A stretch of DNA of 35,124 nucleotides, from the sequence record SRR31147125_1435; one strand, 5' to 3'. Positions 18,964 to 29,079 of this stretch are shown here, piece by piece. Numbering within the stretch: position 1 is the stretch's first letter; the number at the start of each line of letters is the position of its first letter. Below the pieces are notes generated by a model. The model saw only the letters and a program-made list of their open reading frames with translations, did no database searches and was not told the DNA's origin. The position numbers and the translations under genes are program-made.

Positions 18964-21393
18964 ATGATTTTCTCAAGGCAGAAGTGTTTGATTGTTTCAT
19001 TTGGTCTTGTTTTATTTACTACGATATCATTGCTGGCAATGGAGCCCCCATCCAGCAATAAAAGTGTTCAAAAAACAAAACTTACCGTTGTTGTTCCTGA
19101 AAAATCAGAAAAAGCATATGGTATTGCCGGAGAAATTTTTTGCGAGTACTGGGAAAAAGTCACCGGAACACGTCCGAGTCTTGTTAAAGACGATGGCACT
19201 CGTCCTGCCGGTAATATCGTGGTTATCGGCTCGGATGCGGTCAGTCAAATACCTCATAATCTTATCAAGGACGGTTTTCTAGAGCGCTTTAACATACGAT
19301 ATGCTACAGATGATTATCATGTTGTGAGTGTGAAGGAAAATGATGCAAATGTACTGATATTGGCCGGTGGCAGCGGGCGAGCTACCATATACGCGATTTA
19401 CGATTTTTTCCGTCGATATGGTGGGGTGGAATACTTTTGGGACGGTGATGTATTTCATAAAAAAGGCTCAATTGAGATTGAACAAATAAATTTTCATGAT
19501 ACACCGCGATTTGAGTACCGGGGATTGCGTTATTTTGCGCATCGTGGTTTGCACCGTTTTCGGGCAGAGCAATGGAATCTGGAGGACTGGAAGCAAGAGA
19601 TTGATTGGATATTAAAGAAACGGTTCAATATTTTCATGCTGCGCACTGGGATTGACGATCTCTTTCAACGCACGTTTCCAGGTCAGGTACCCTATCCTCC
19701 GGAAGATGCCCTCGATCCCGATGGCGTTCACAAAAGTTACAAACAGCGTACCTCACCCTGGCCGTTAAAATATCGTGGCGATCTTCGTGAACAGGTTTTG
19801 GCTTACGCTTTTGACCGGGGTCTATTACATCCTGCTGATTGCGGCACTATTACTCACTGGTATTCACATACCCCTTCTTCATTCTATAAAAGTTATCCGG
19901 ATTTTCCGGTGGAAAACAAACAAACGGCGGGTTATTTCCAACCAACCGAGCTGGTGTGGGACATTGAGTATCAAAGAACCTGGGATACCTATTGGAATTT
20001 GACAAAAACCAGTATTAAGGAATATGGTGACGAGCAGGCACGAATGTTTCATACGATTGGATTGGCTGAGCGTATGTTTGGCAAAGACCGTCGGGCTAAT
20101 TTTCAGCTAAAATTATATGGACTTCGCAAGACCGAGCAAATGGTTCGAAAAGACTATCCTGATGCTCCTTTATTAATCGGTGGTTGGGATTTTCTGTGGT
20201 GGACGGATAATGAGATCAGAACTTATCTGAACGACCTTGACCCGGAAAAAACAATTATTATGGATTATACCGATGACATGGCCCACCGAAAAACCTACCG
20301 TAACTGGACATATAAGACATTTCCATGGATCTTTGGGCTATTACATTCCTTTGCTGGTAATACGGAAATTCGCGGGAATTATGACCTGTTGAGTGAGCGC
20401 TTGCAGGAGGCAAATGAAGACAGTTATTGCAAGGGATTGATTTACTGGCCGGAGCTTTCTCATAGCGATACATTCGTTTTAGAGTACCTGGCTCTGAACA
20501 GTTGGTCACCTCAAGTATTGGAACCTGGTTATGCCATCTGGCACTTTTGTAAAACACGATATCCGGGTGATATTGCCCTGACCATGAATGATCTCTGGAA
20601 TGATTTTTTGCCCATATCTCAAACAAGTTATTGGGGCAAGCGATGGAAAAAGAATTATGAAGGCAGAACTCCCGGATTTTCCCGACTTGACAGAACAGTA
20701 TTGACAGACCTGAATGAGGATAAATTAGCCTATTTTAGCAAACATTCACAGCTTTATAAAAAAGCCCTTCATCGCGGTCCTGGCGTACTGACAGGTTTGG
20801 CCCAGTTGTGTAAAAATAATTATGAAAATCTATTTTGGCGACGGGATGCTATAGATATCGCCCGAACAATTATTGACCGGGCAATTGCCACCAACAGTAT
20901 GGAACTGGCTGTAGCAATGGAAGCATGGCGACAGGGCACAGAGCAGGCTGAGCAGGTATACGCGCTTGAGAAGGGCAGTGTGGATTTGATGAAAGCTCTT
21001 GCTCAGATACTTGGTGAAAGTGACGAGTTCTCCCTTTATAACAGTATGGAAAAGTTAAAAGCAACACATCCGGTGAATCCGTTCACAGAAGACATCCTTA
21101 AATCCAATTCCGAGAATTCGTATTGCCGGCATCATGTCTATGAGATGGCAGCCTATCTATACCCGAAGGAACTGGAGGCTTTCAATGACTGGGTGAATGA
21201 ACGAATTGAACAGGGGGACCGCAGTGAATGGAAACGCCCCAAAAAGTTTAATGATATTCGTACAAACCTGGAAGATGAATATTACCAAAAGTCTTTAAAA
21301 GAAATGGCACCTTCTCAAAAGCGTTCAGCTAAATCTTTTGCAAAAACATTAAAGAATGTCGCTCAGGTTCTTGAACAGGTGAATGGATTATAA
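18964..21393 (+). CDS. Divergent GH89-like (alpha-N-acetylglucosaminidase fold) hydrolase, paralogue A
   Basis: AAGGAG RBS before ATG 18964; signal peptide. WNLEDWKQEIDW, WIFGLLHSFAGN and KGLIYWPE resemble GH89 WxWxRWExEIDW, WxWCMLHNFGGN and GxGxTxE. N-domain resembles the GH67/GH115/GH20b-type alpha/beta module. Confidence 0.65.
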   Translation: MIFSRQKCLIVSFGLVLFTTISLLAMEPPSSNKSVQKTKLTVVVPEKSEKAYGIAGEIFCEYWEKVTGTRPSLVKDDGTRPAGNIVVIGSDAVSQIPHNLIKDGFLERFNIRYATDDYHVVSVKENDANVLILAGGSGRATIYAIYDFFRRYGGVEYFWDGDVFHKKGSIEIEQINFHDTPRFEYRGLRYFAHRGLHRFRAEQWNLEDWKQEIDWILKKRFNIFMLRTGIDDLFQRTFPGQVPYPPEDALDPDGVHKSYKQRTSPWPLKYRGDLREQVLAYAFDRGLLHPADCGTITHWYSHTPSSFYKSYPDFPVENKQTAGYFQPTELVWDIEYQRTWDTYWNLTKTSIKEYGDEQARMFHTIGLAERMFGKDRRANFQLKLYGLRKTEQMVRKDYPDAPLLIGGWDFLWWTDNEIRTYLNDLDPEKTIIMDYTDDMAHRKTYRNWTYKTFPWIFGLLHSFAGNTEIRGNYDLLSERLQEANEDSYCKGLIYWPELSHSDTFVLEYLALNSWSPQVLEPGYAIWHFCKTRYPGDIALTMNDLWNDFLPISQTSYWGKRWKKNYEGRTPGFSRLDRTVLTDLNEDKLAYFSKHSQLYKKALHRGPGVLTGLAQLCKNNYENLFWRRDAIDIARTIIDRAIATNSMELAVAMEAWRQGTEQAEQVYALEKGSVDLMKALAQILGESDEFSLYNSMEKLKATHPVNPFTEDILKSNSENSYCRHHVYEMAAYLYPKELEAFNDWVNERIEQGDRSEWKRPKKFNDIRTNLEDEYYQKSLKEMAPSQKRSAKSFAKTLKNVAQVLEQVNGL

Positions 21394-21474
21394 TTTTTTT
21401 ATATTGATATCAAAGGTGTGCAAATCATTGAGACTGATAATTTCTGAACGTTTGATTTAAACTAAAATGATTTT

Positions 21475-22914
21475 ATGAAATACATTATTCAGTTAAAGTT
21501 TATTTTTCATTGTTTTTGTTGTGGAGTGCTTGGATTACTCCTGATGATCACCATATGTATGGCTGCAAATCCAGCAAAAACGGATTTGTCGAGCCCGCAA
21601 GCTCGTCCCGCACCGGAATGGTTAACAAAGGGTGTCATGTACCAGATCTCACTGCGATCGTTTACTAATGAAGGTACGTTAGCGGCCGCTACAAAGCGAT
21701 TGCCGTCTGTAGCTGATTTGGGTGTGTCTATCATTTATCTCTGCCCGGTCTTTTTACAGGATGATGATACTCGTCTGGAAACCTGGAGTCCGCGTCAAAA
21801 GGCCTCCGGTGCCAACAATCCCCTGAATCCATACCGTATAATGGACCACAATCGTATCGATCCGGAGTATGGCACAGAAGCGGATTTGCATGACTTTGTA
21901 AAGACCGCTCATGAACTGGGAATGTATGTGCTCCTGGATATGGTCTATTACCATTGTGGCCCCAACTCTGTCCTGTTAAAGAATCATGATTTTGTCCAGC
22001 GGAATGCAGACGGCAGCGTGATTCAGGGTGCATACAACTGGCCCCGACTCAATTTCAAAAACCGTGGTCTAAGAGATTATCTTTTAGCCAACATGGAACA
22101 CTGGGTGAAAGATTTTAATGTGGACGGCTTTCGGTGTGATATGGCGCACAGTGTGTCACTGGATTTCTGGGAAGAGGCAAGTGAGTATCTTGAACCGCGT
22201 CGCTCCGATCTTGTGTTCCTGGCAGAAGGGGAACGCCTGGGTGAGCAGGTCAAAGCATTTGATATTTGTTACGGTCGTACTTGGTATAATGCGGCAGCAA
22301 AAATTCTCATGAACAGTCAACCGGCTTTTTTATTGCGTCAAATGTGGCAAAAGAACCACGATGAAAGACCTCGCGGCGCACGCTTCATTCGTTATACCGA
22401 CAACCATGATTTCGCGAACGATATGCAGCGTCCAGAAACACGGTTTGGTGAACGTGGGGCCTGGGCCATGTCTGTCATTTGCTTTACCCTTGATGGCGTT
22501 CCGTTTCTGTACAATGGACAGGAGATTGGTGACACCTGTCCCCACAGTATCTTTACAAACTGGCCGATTCGCTGGGAGGCTGCCTGTCTGCCGAAGAAGC
22601 AAAAGACTCGTGAATTCTACAAACAACTCTGTCATCTTCGCCGTAGCCACCCTGTGCTATATAGCGGTGATGTCGTCTGGATCGATCACGATTTGCCAGA
22701 TGCTGTGATCGCATTTAAAAGACATCTTGATGACGATGAAATCCTCACAGTGGTTAATTTGTCCAATCGCAAAATCAAGGTTCATCTTGATTTGAACGAG
22801 GGTGCGGCGCTTACAGAAAACCTGTTACTTTCCAGTAATACAGAAATCGTAGTCGTACAGAAAAAAATGATCCTTGAAATGAATGGTTTTGGCTATCTTG
22901 TCGGTCAAAAGTGA
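21475..22914 (+). CDS. Secreted GH13 alpha-amylase-family hydrolase, paralogue A
   Basis: Conserved regions LDMVYYH, DGFRCDMA (nucleophile), FLAE (acid/base) and YTDNHD; GVPFLYNGQEIG; signal peptide. Confidence 0.9.
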   Translation: MKYIIQLKFIFHCFCCGVLGLLLMITICMAANPAKTDLSSPQARPAPEWLTKGVMYQISLRSFTNEGTLAAATKRLPSVADLGVSIIYLCPVFLQDDDTRLETWSPRQKASGANNPLNPYRIMDHNRIDPEYGTEADLHDFVKTAHELGMYVLLDMVYYHCGPNSVLLKNHDFVQRNADGSVIQGAYNWPRLNFKNRGLRDYLLANMEHWVKDFNVDGFRCDMAHSVSLDFWEEASEYLEPRRSDLVFLAEGERLGEQVKAFDICYGRTWYNAAAKILMNSQPAFLLRQMWQKNHDERPRGARFIRYTDNHDFANDMQRPETRFGERGAWAMSVICFTLDGVPFLYNGQEIGDTCPHSIFTNWPIRWEAACLPKKQKTREFYKQLCHLRRSHPVLYSGDVVWIDHDLPDAVIAFKRHLDDDEILTVVNLSNRKIKVHLDLNEGAALTENLLLSSNTEIVVVQKKMILEMNGFGYLVGQK

Positions 22915-23165
22915 TCGTTGTTGGGAATCAACAGGGAACAGACACACGGATTCAAGGTAGTGAAAATACGATTATTCTTTAATCCTAAATGCTCATAAAT
23001 TCAGCGTTGATTTTTGGACCAGAATTTTATTTGAAGCGAAACCAGCTTTCATTGTTGAGTATCGTTAGTTCTTCAAAGATTATCAAAAAATGTTATGTGA
23101 TTTATTTCAACTTTTTGCTTGAAGAATAAGATTAAAAAAATCATAAGCCAAAGGAAGAAAAGATA

Positions 23166-25805
23166 ATGCGGCGTAAAAACAGTTTTTCTTTGATAGCAGT
23201 TTTCTTTATTTTTGTATTAAATCTCCTGCTTGTTTTTTCATGTACAGAGCAAAAGCAAAAGTTGTTCAGCGAGTTTTTTGATGATGTGTCTTTGCAGGCA
23301 TGGAGTCCGACGACCTGGAAAGTGGCTGAAAATGAGAAACAGCAACTCGCATCAGATGGCAAACAACCATGGATTCTAAGTGGAGATCCGGAGTGGACCG
23401 ATGTTGCGATTGAGGCGGATATACATATACAGTCAGATATGAAACCGTGCGGCCTTTTGGGGCGCTACCAGGATAGCACACATTATTATCTGCTTTGTTT
23501 TGAAGAAGGGTATTTATTTTTAAAACATCACACAGCCAGGATCGGCGGATCCATTTATTCAATTCAGCCGGGTGAAAGCTATAAACTCAAATTGGTTCAG
23601 AGAGGCGGTCTGATCTCGGCCTGGGTTAATGATGAGTTTGTATTCAAAGTGCATGATTATAAAGATGGTATTCCAAGACTAGCCTCCGGCAAAATGGGTT
23701 TGTTTGCAGAGGGACGGGTTGTTTTTGACAATATAACGGTTACAAAAGAATCTCCCTATTCTCTGGAACCCATACCAGCACCGGCTTTCCAGACCACAAA
23801 ATTTCGAAAAGCCGTCTCATTAAACGGTCTGTGGCAATTCACACCGGATGGCAAATCTAAGACAACTTTAAGAGTGCCCGATGTCTGGGAGGGTGCGCCC
23901 GGGTATGATGGATTGAAATCGGCTGTTTATGAAACCACTTTTGATGTGCCTGACGATTATCTCCCGGTGATTCAGCTTGAATTTGAAGCTGTGAACGATT
24001 ACGCGCAGGTCTATATTAATGAAAATCTTGTTGGTGAACACAAGGGCAAGGATCTGCGGTTTGCCCTTGATATTTCCAATGCTGTCAAACCAGGTTCAAA
24101 GGATAATCATTTAAAAGTGCGCGTTTCCGAACTGGATGAATATCATCCCCACGGCTGGTGGAGACGAAAATTTGGCGAATCAAACCTGGGCATTCGCGGC
24201 CACGTATGGCTGACTTCTTATCCTGCTGTATATGTTGAGGATGTTTTTGTTAAAACTTCAACTCGCAAAAACGAAATCACGATTTTCACAACCCTTCGCA
24301 ATTCAGATGGAGGTAAGAAAAGCATTTCTCTTCAACATCTAATCCGTGGACAAGACGGCCGAATGGCCTTGTCGTTTGCCTTACCACAGATTTTTGTCAT
24401 TAATGCCAATTCTGATACGACCGTGAGTTGGACTCAAAAATGGGAGGATGCACATTTATGGTGGCCGGATGATCCTTATCTCTATACACTGCAGTCGCGA
24501 CTCTATGAGAACAAAAAATTGCTGGATGAGGATCAGGAATGTTTTGGTTTTCGTGAAGTCTGGACCGAGGGAACCCAATACAAGTTGAACGGAATCCGAT
24601 TGAATCTGCGTGGTGACAGTGTTGTTGACCATGGCATCCGTATCGCCAATGTCATTTATGCCAGTGTTATCGATCACCAGCAGGAAGGATTTTATGACTA
24701 TTTTATGACCCGTGAAGGTATGGAGAAGGCTGTCGAAGGCATGCTGGACATGAACTTTAATACAGTTCGAACCCATATGGGTCCCGCATTGCAGACGTTT
24801 TACGAGGTGTGCGATGAAAAGGGATTGATGATAACCTGTGAAACAGATTGTTATGGATCGGGAATGTATAATGATTATCCGGAGGATGAATGCCAAGAAG
24901 GTCCTGATGGGAAATCACTCATGGAAAATACCAATCAATGGATTAAAGAATTTGTCAAACAGTTCAAAAATCACCCTTCCATTGTGATGTGGTCAGCCAG
25001 CAACGAAGCTCAGGCCAGAGGCAGAAATGATTGCTGGGATCTGGATGCTCTGACACAGATGTTAAAGGCAGAAGATGACACACGGTTGGTTATACATCAC
25101 CGCGATCAGTTGTCAGAGGATGGCTATGTCTTTCATTATACCTATAGCCATAACACCCCGGATCTTCCGGATAACCTTTATACTAATAATCGAAACCAAA
25201 AGGCGGAAAATGCGCCCAGTGGCGAAGGGGAATTTTTCTGGGTCTATGACTGGCGTAAATACAATGGTGGTGCGGCTGAGGATTGGCGACAAAAAGTTAA
25301 GGGACAGGGTTATCTGACCCGTGGATATCGATATGACAATTATGCCTATATTCGACCCTATCGCATGAACTGGGGTTGGAAGTGGAAACACGCTGCAGGA
25401 TGGAATCTGCATGAACAATATGAGATCATTCAGAAAAGCATGGCGGCAGTGGCGGTTTATGATAAAGAGTATGATGATTTATATGATAACCTGTTGGAGC
25501 CACCGGATTTACCTACAGTCAAAGCGGGTTCTCTAGTCAATCGGACCCTGATTGTCTATAACGATGAGTTTCATGGAGAAGAGGTTCATATCAAATGGCA
25601 AGCTCGAATTGATAAAAAGATTATCGATTCCGGTACGTTTACAGAAAAAATTCCACTGGGAGAGTATCTCGAAAAATCCATTGATATCAAAATTCCGGTG
25701 GGGCAGATTGATAAAAAAATGGTGCTGGCATTGCAAAGCTTTAAGGACGGTGAGCTAAAGTATCAGGATGACACTGATTACATGTTTCTCATAACAGAGA
25801 ATTAA
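23166..25805 (+). CDS. GH2 family beta-glycosidase, probable lipoprotein with an extra N-terminal beta-sandwich domain
   Basis: Lipobox-like LLVFS-C. Motifs SLNGLWQF, LEFEAVN, LWWPDDPYLY, FGFREV, RTH, CDEKGL, NHPSIVMWSASNE (acid/base); likely nucleophile in GEGEF. Confidence 0.88.
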   Translation: MRRKNSFSLIAVFFIFVLNLLLVFSCTEQKQKLFSEFFDDVSLQAWSPTTWKVAENEKQQLASDGKQPWILSGDPEWTDVAIEADIHIQSDMKPCGLLGRYQDSTHYYLLCFEEGYLFLKHHTARIGGSIYSIQPGESYKLKLVQRGGLISAWVNDEFVFKVHDYKDGIPRLASGKMGLFAEGRVVFDNITVTKESPYSLEPIPAPAFQTTKFRKAVSLNGLWQFTPDGKSKTTLRVPDVWEGAPGYDGLKSAVYETTFDVPDDYLPVIQLEFEAVNDYAQVYINENLVGEHKGKDLRFALDISNAVKPGSKDNHLKVRVSELDEYHPHGWWRRKFGESNLGIRGHVWLTSYPAVYVEDVFVKTSTRKNEITIFTTLRNSDGGKKSISLQHLIRGQDGRMALSFALPQIFVINANSDTTVSWTQKWEDAHLWWPDDPYLYTLQSRLYENKKLLDEDQECFGFREVWTEGTQYKLNGIRLNLRGDSVVDHGIRIANVIYASVIDHQQEGFYDYFMTREGMEKAVEGMLDMNFNTVRTHMGPALQTFYEVCDEKGLMITCETDCYGSGMYNDYPEDECQEGPDGKSLMENTNQWIKEFVKQFKNHPSIVMWSASNEAQARGRNDCWDLDALTQMLKAEDDTRLVIHHRDQLSEDGYVFHYTYSHNTPDLPDNLYTNNRNQKAENAPSGEGEFFWVYDWRKYNGGAAEDWRQKVKGQGYLTRGYRYDNYAYIRPYRMNWGWKWKHAAGWNLHEQYEIIQKSMAAVAVYDKEYDDLYDNLLEPPDLPTVKAGSLVNRTLIVYNDEFHGEEVHIKWQARIDKKIIDSGTFTEKIPLGEYLEKSIDIKIPVGQIDKKMVLALQSFKDGELKYQDDTDYMFLITEN

Positions 25806-25911
25806 TTTATTGAATTTCGAAATCAAAAGTCTTGTCAATATCCGTATGGGCAAAAGTGTTATTTTTGAAATGAAACAAGTTGCGTGAATTAAATAATTAG
25901 GAGAAAGTCCC

Positions 25912-27354
25912 ATGAAAATTTCTAGTATGTTAAAATTGCTCGTGAACAATTTAATCTGCACTGTGCTTGTTTTGTTATTGGCGACCACTGTTAGTGTAGC
26001 TGCTGAACCATCGGAAACTGATTTGTCGAGTCTAAACGCACGGCCTTCTCCTAAATGGCTGACACAGGGTGTCATGTATCAAATTGCGCCGAGATCGTTT
26101 ACTGACGAGGGGACTTTGAAAGCGGCTGCGGAGAAATTGCCGCATGTGGCCGACCTGGGAGCGACCGTGGTTTATCTCCTGCCAATTTTTCTCCAGGATG
26201 ATGATACTCGTCTCGAAACCTGGAGCCCGCGTCAAAAAGCATCCGGTGCCAACAATCCGTTAAATCCATATCGAATTAAGGATTACAACCGTATTGATCC
26301 GGAATACGGCACAGAAGCTGATCTGCATAATTTTGTCAAAAAAGCGCATGAGCTTGGTATGTATGTATTGCTGGATATGGTCTATTATCACTGTGGAAAT
26401 ACTGCTGTTCTGTTAAAGAATCCTGATTTTGTCAAACGTAATGAGGATAACAGTGTCGTTAATGGTAGTTGGAACTGGCCTGAATTGAATTTTAAAAGCC
26501 GTGGATTGCGTGATTATTTATTGGACAACATGGAGCATTGGCTAAAGGATTTTAACGTCGATGGTTATCGTTGCGATGTCGCTGATAGAGTGCCTCTTGA
26601 TTTCTGGGAAGAAGCCCGTGCTCATCTTGAACCGCTCCGTTCCGATCTTGTGATCCTGGCAGAAGGGCATCGTCGACCGGCTGATCAAATTAAGGCTTTT
26701 GATATTAATTATGGATTCTCGTGGTATAGTGCTTTTTTTAATATTATGACGAACAGTCAGCCGGCAACCATATTACATGAGGATTGGAAAAAGAAACATG
26801 ATGAATTTCCTAAAGGTTCGTTGTTTATTCGCTATACAGACAATCACGATATTTCAAACGATGAAAAACGCCCGGAAGTAATTTTTGGTGAAAAAGGTGC
26901 CTGGGCTACATCAGTCATCAACTTTACTATTGACGGCGTTCCGTTCATCTATAATGGTCAGGAAATTGGCGATACTTGTCCACACAGTATTTTTACAAAC
27001 TGGCCAATTCGCTGGAAAGCTGCATGTATGCCCAAAAAGCAGAAAACGCTCAAGTTCTACAAAAAGCTTTGTCAACTTCGACGTAGCCACTCTGCTCTCT
27101 ATGACGGTGAAGTTGTTTGGATTAAACATGACCAGCCTGATGCTGTTGTGGCGTTTCTAAGACGTGACAGTAAAGAAGAAATACTTACAGTTGCCAATTT
27201 GTCAAACCGCTCGCTCAAGGTTCGTCTTGATGTAAAGGACAGCCCGATGTTCATCAGAAACATATTATTGTCCGATCAAATTAAAACTGATCCTGACTAT
27301 GAGCAACTTAACCTGGATTTGGGTGGATTTGGGTATTTGGTGTGCAAAAAGTGA
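25912..27354 (+). CDS. Secreted GH13 hydrolase, paralogue B
   Basis: AGGAG RBS; signal peptide; LDMVYYH, DGYRCDVA, ILAE, YTDNHD. Long stretches identical to paralogues A and C. Confidence 0.9.
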   Translation: MKISSMLKLLVNNLICTVLVLLLATTVSVAAEPSETDLSSLNARPSPKWLTQGVMYQIAPRSFTDEGTLKAAAEKLPHVADLGATVVYLLPIFLQDDDTRLETWSPRQKASGANNPLNPYRIKDYNRIDPEYGTEADLHNFVKKAHELGMYVLLDMVYYHCGNTAVLLKNPDFVKRNEDNSVVNGSWNWPELNFKSRGLRDYLLDNMEHWLKDFNVDGYRCDVADRVPLDFWEEARAHLEPLRSDLVILAEGHRRPADQIKAFDINYGFSWYSAFFNIMTNSQPATILHEDWKKKHDEFPKGSLFIRYTDNHDISNDEKRPEVIFGEKGAWATSVINFTIDGVPFIYNGQEIGDTCPHSIFTNWPIRWKAACMPKKQKTLKFYKKLCQLRRSHSALYDGEVVWIKHDQPDAVVAFLRRDSKEEILTVANLSNRSLKVRLDVKDSPMFIRNILLSDQIKTDPDYEQLNLDLGGFGYLVCKK

Positions 27355-27428
27355 TTATTGATGGATAATGAGACGGATAGATGCACTTGGTAAACTATTG
27401 AAATTGGGACGAAGCGAAAGAGGTTAGC

Positions 27429-28865
27429 ATGAAATATCAATATTACAAATCGGTAGCATGTTCTCTAGTATTTGGAGTAATTGGATTACTGTTGATGGTG
27501 AGTATGTGTTTAGCTGCAGGCACATCGGAAACTGATTTATCGACTCGCAAGGCTCGTATCTCCCCGGATTGGTTGACTCGGGGTGTTATATACCAAGTTG
27601 CTCCGAGATCGTTTACTGATGAGGGTACATTGTCAGCTGCTACAAAGCGATTACAACATGTGGCTGATCTGGGGGCGAATGTGGTCTATCTCTGCCCTGT
27701 TTTTCTGCAGGATGATGATACTCGCTTGGAAACCTGGAGTCCACGTCAGAAAGCCTCCGGTGCAAACAACCCGTTAAATCCTTATCGCATAAAGGACCAT
27801 AATCGCATTGATCCGGAATATGGCACCGAAGCGGATCTACATGAGTTTGTCAAGACTGTTCATGATTTGGGAATGTATGTGCTGCTGGATATGGTTTATT
27901 GTCACTGTGGTCCTAATTCGGTATTAACCAAAAATCCTGATTATCTCAAACGTGATGCAAAGGGCAACGTAGTCACCGGTCCCTGGAATTGGCCCGAGTT
28001 GAATTTTGAGAACCGAGGATTACGTAATTATTACATTGCTAATATGGAACACTGGGTAAAGGATTTTCATGTGGATGGATTTCGTTGCGATGTTTCAGAT
28101 CGTATTCCTCTCGATTTTTGGGAAGAGGCAAGAGATCACCTTGATACGATTCGTTCGGATCTGGTGATCCTGGCAGAGGGCCATAGGCAAGCAGACCAGG
28201 TTAAAGCGTTTGATATTAATTATAATAGTTATTGGTATAGTGCGGCGGCAAAAGTTATTATGAACAATCAACCGGCAACCTCAATACATGAGATTTGGAA
28301 AAAGCAAAAGAATGAACGACCAAATGGTGCGTTGTTTATTCGTTATACCGACAATCACGATATTTCAAATGAAATGCTTCGGCCAGATGTGATTTTTAGT
28401 GAACGTGGTGCCTGGGCTATGTCTGTTATTAATTTTACCATCGATGGCGTTCCCTTTATCTATAATGGACAAGAGATCGGCGATACCTGTCCGCATAGTA
28501 TTTTTACTAACTGGCCGATTCGTTGGAAGGCCGCTTGTTTACCCAAAAAACAAAAGACGCTTGAATTCTACAAACAGCTCTGTCAACTCCGGCGCAGCCA
28601 TCCTGCACTCTATTCCGGAGATGTTATCTGGGTTAATCATGATCAGCCCGATGCCGTGGTGGCGTTTAGACGAGTTGCCAAAGATGAAGAAATTGTTACC
28701 ATAGTCAATCTGTCGAACCGCCCTGTCAATGTTCATGTCGATTTGAAAGACAGTCCCTTGTTTATGAGAAACACACTATTATCCAATGAGGTCAAAACCG
28801 ATCCCGACTATGAACAACTCATTCTGGAACTGAGAGGATTTGGTTATCTGGTCTGTAAAAAGTAA
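27429..28865 (+). CDS. Secreted GH13 hydrolase, paralogue C
   Basis: GAGG RBS; signal peptide; LDMVYCH, DGFRCDVS, ILAE, YTDNHD. Confidence 0.9.
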   Translation: MKYQYYKSVACSLVFGVIGLLLMVSMCLAAGTSETDLSTRKARISPDWLTRGVIYQVAPRSFTDEGTLSAATKRLQHVADLGANVVYLCPVFLQDDDTRLETWSPRQKASGANNPLNPYRIKDHNRIDPEYGTEADLHEFVKTVHDLGMYVLLDMVYCHCGPNSVLTKNPDYLKRDAKGNVVTGPWNWPELNFENRGLRNYYIANMEHWVKDFHVDGFRCDVSDRIPLDFWEEARDHLDTIRSDLVILAEGHRQADQVKAFDINYNSYWYSAAAKVIMNNQPATSIHEIWKKQKNERPNGALFIRYTDNHDISNEMLRPDVIFSERGAWAMSVINFTIDGVPFIYNGQEIGDTCPHSIFTNWPIRWKAACLPKKQKTLEFYKQLCQLRRSHPALYSGDVIWVNHDQPDAVVAFRRVAKDEEIVTIVNLSNRPVNVHVDLKDSPLFMRNTLLSNEVKTDPDYEQLILELRGFGYLVCKK

Positions 28866-29079
28866 CTGCTGTTTGAGAATAAAAGAGACTAATGAACCTG
28901 GAAATCAATTGGTACAAGCATAGATATGAAAAGAGCTAAAGACGGGAAAAAACTTGTATTTGAAACGAATGGGTAGGCAATTTTGAAGGTAAAAAATGAT
29001 TCACGACCACCGTGCATGTATTTTATATGTAAAAGGAATCTTGTTTAAAATAATAAAATGTAACCAATGGAGATATGAA

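Noticed and set aside
18964-25805. Heparan sulfate utilisation inferred from GH89 plus GH2
   Set aside because: No sulfatases, lyases or GH88 in the window, and the GH89-like motifs are divergent; not supportable as a specific call.
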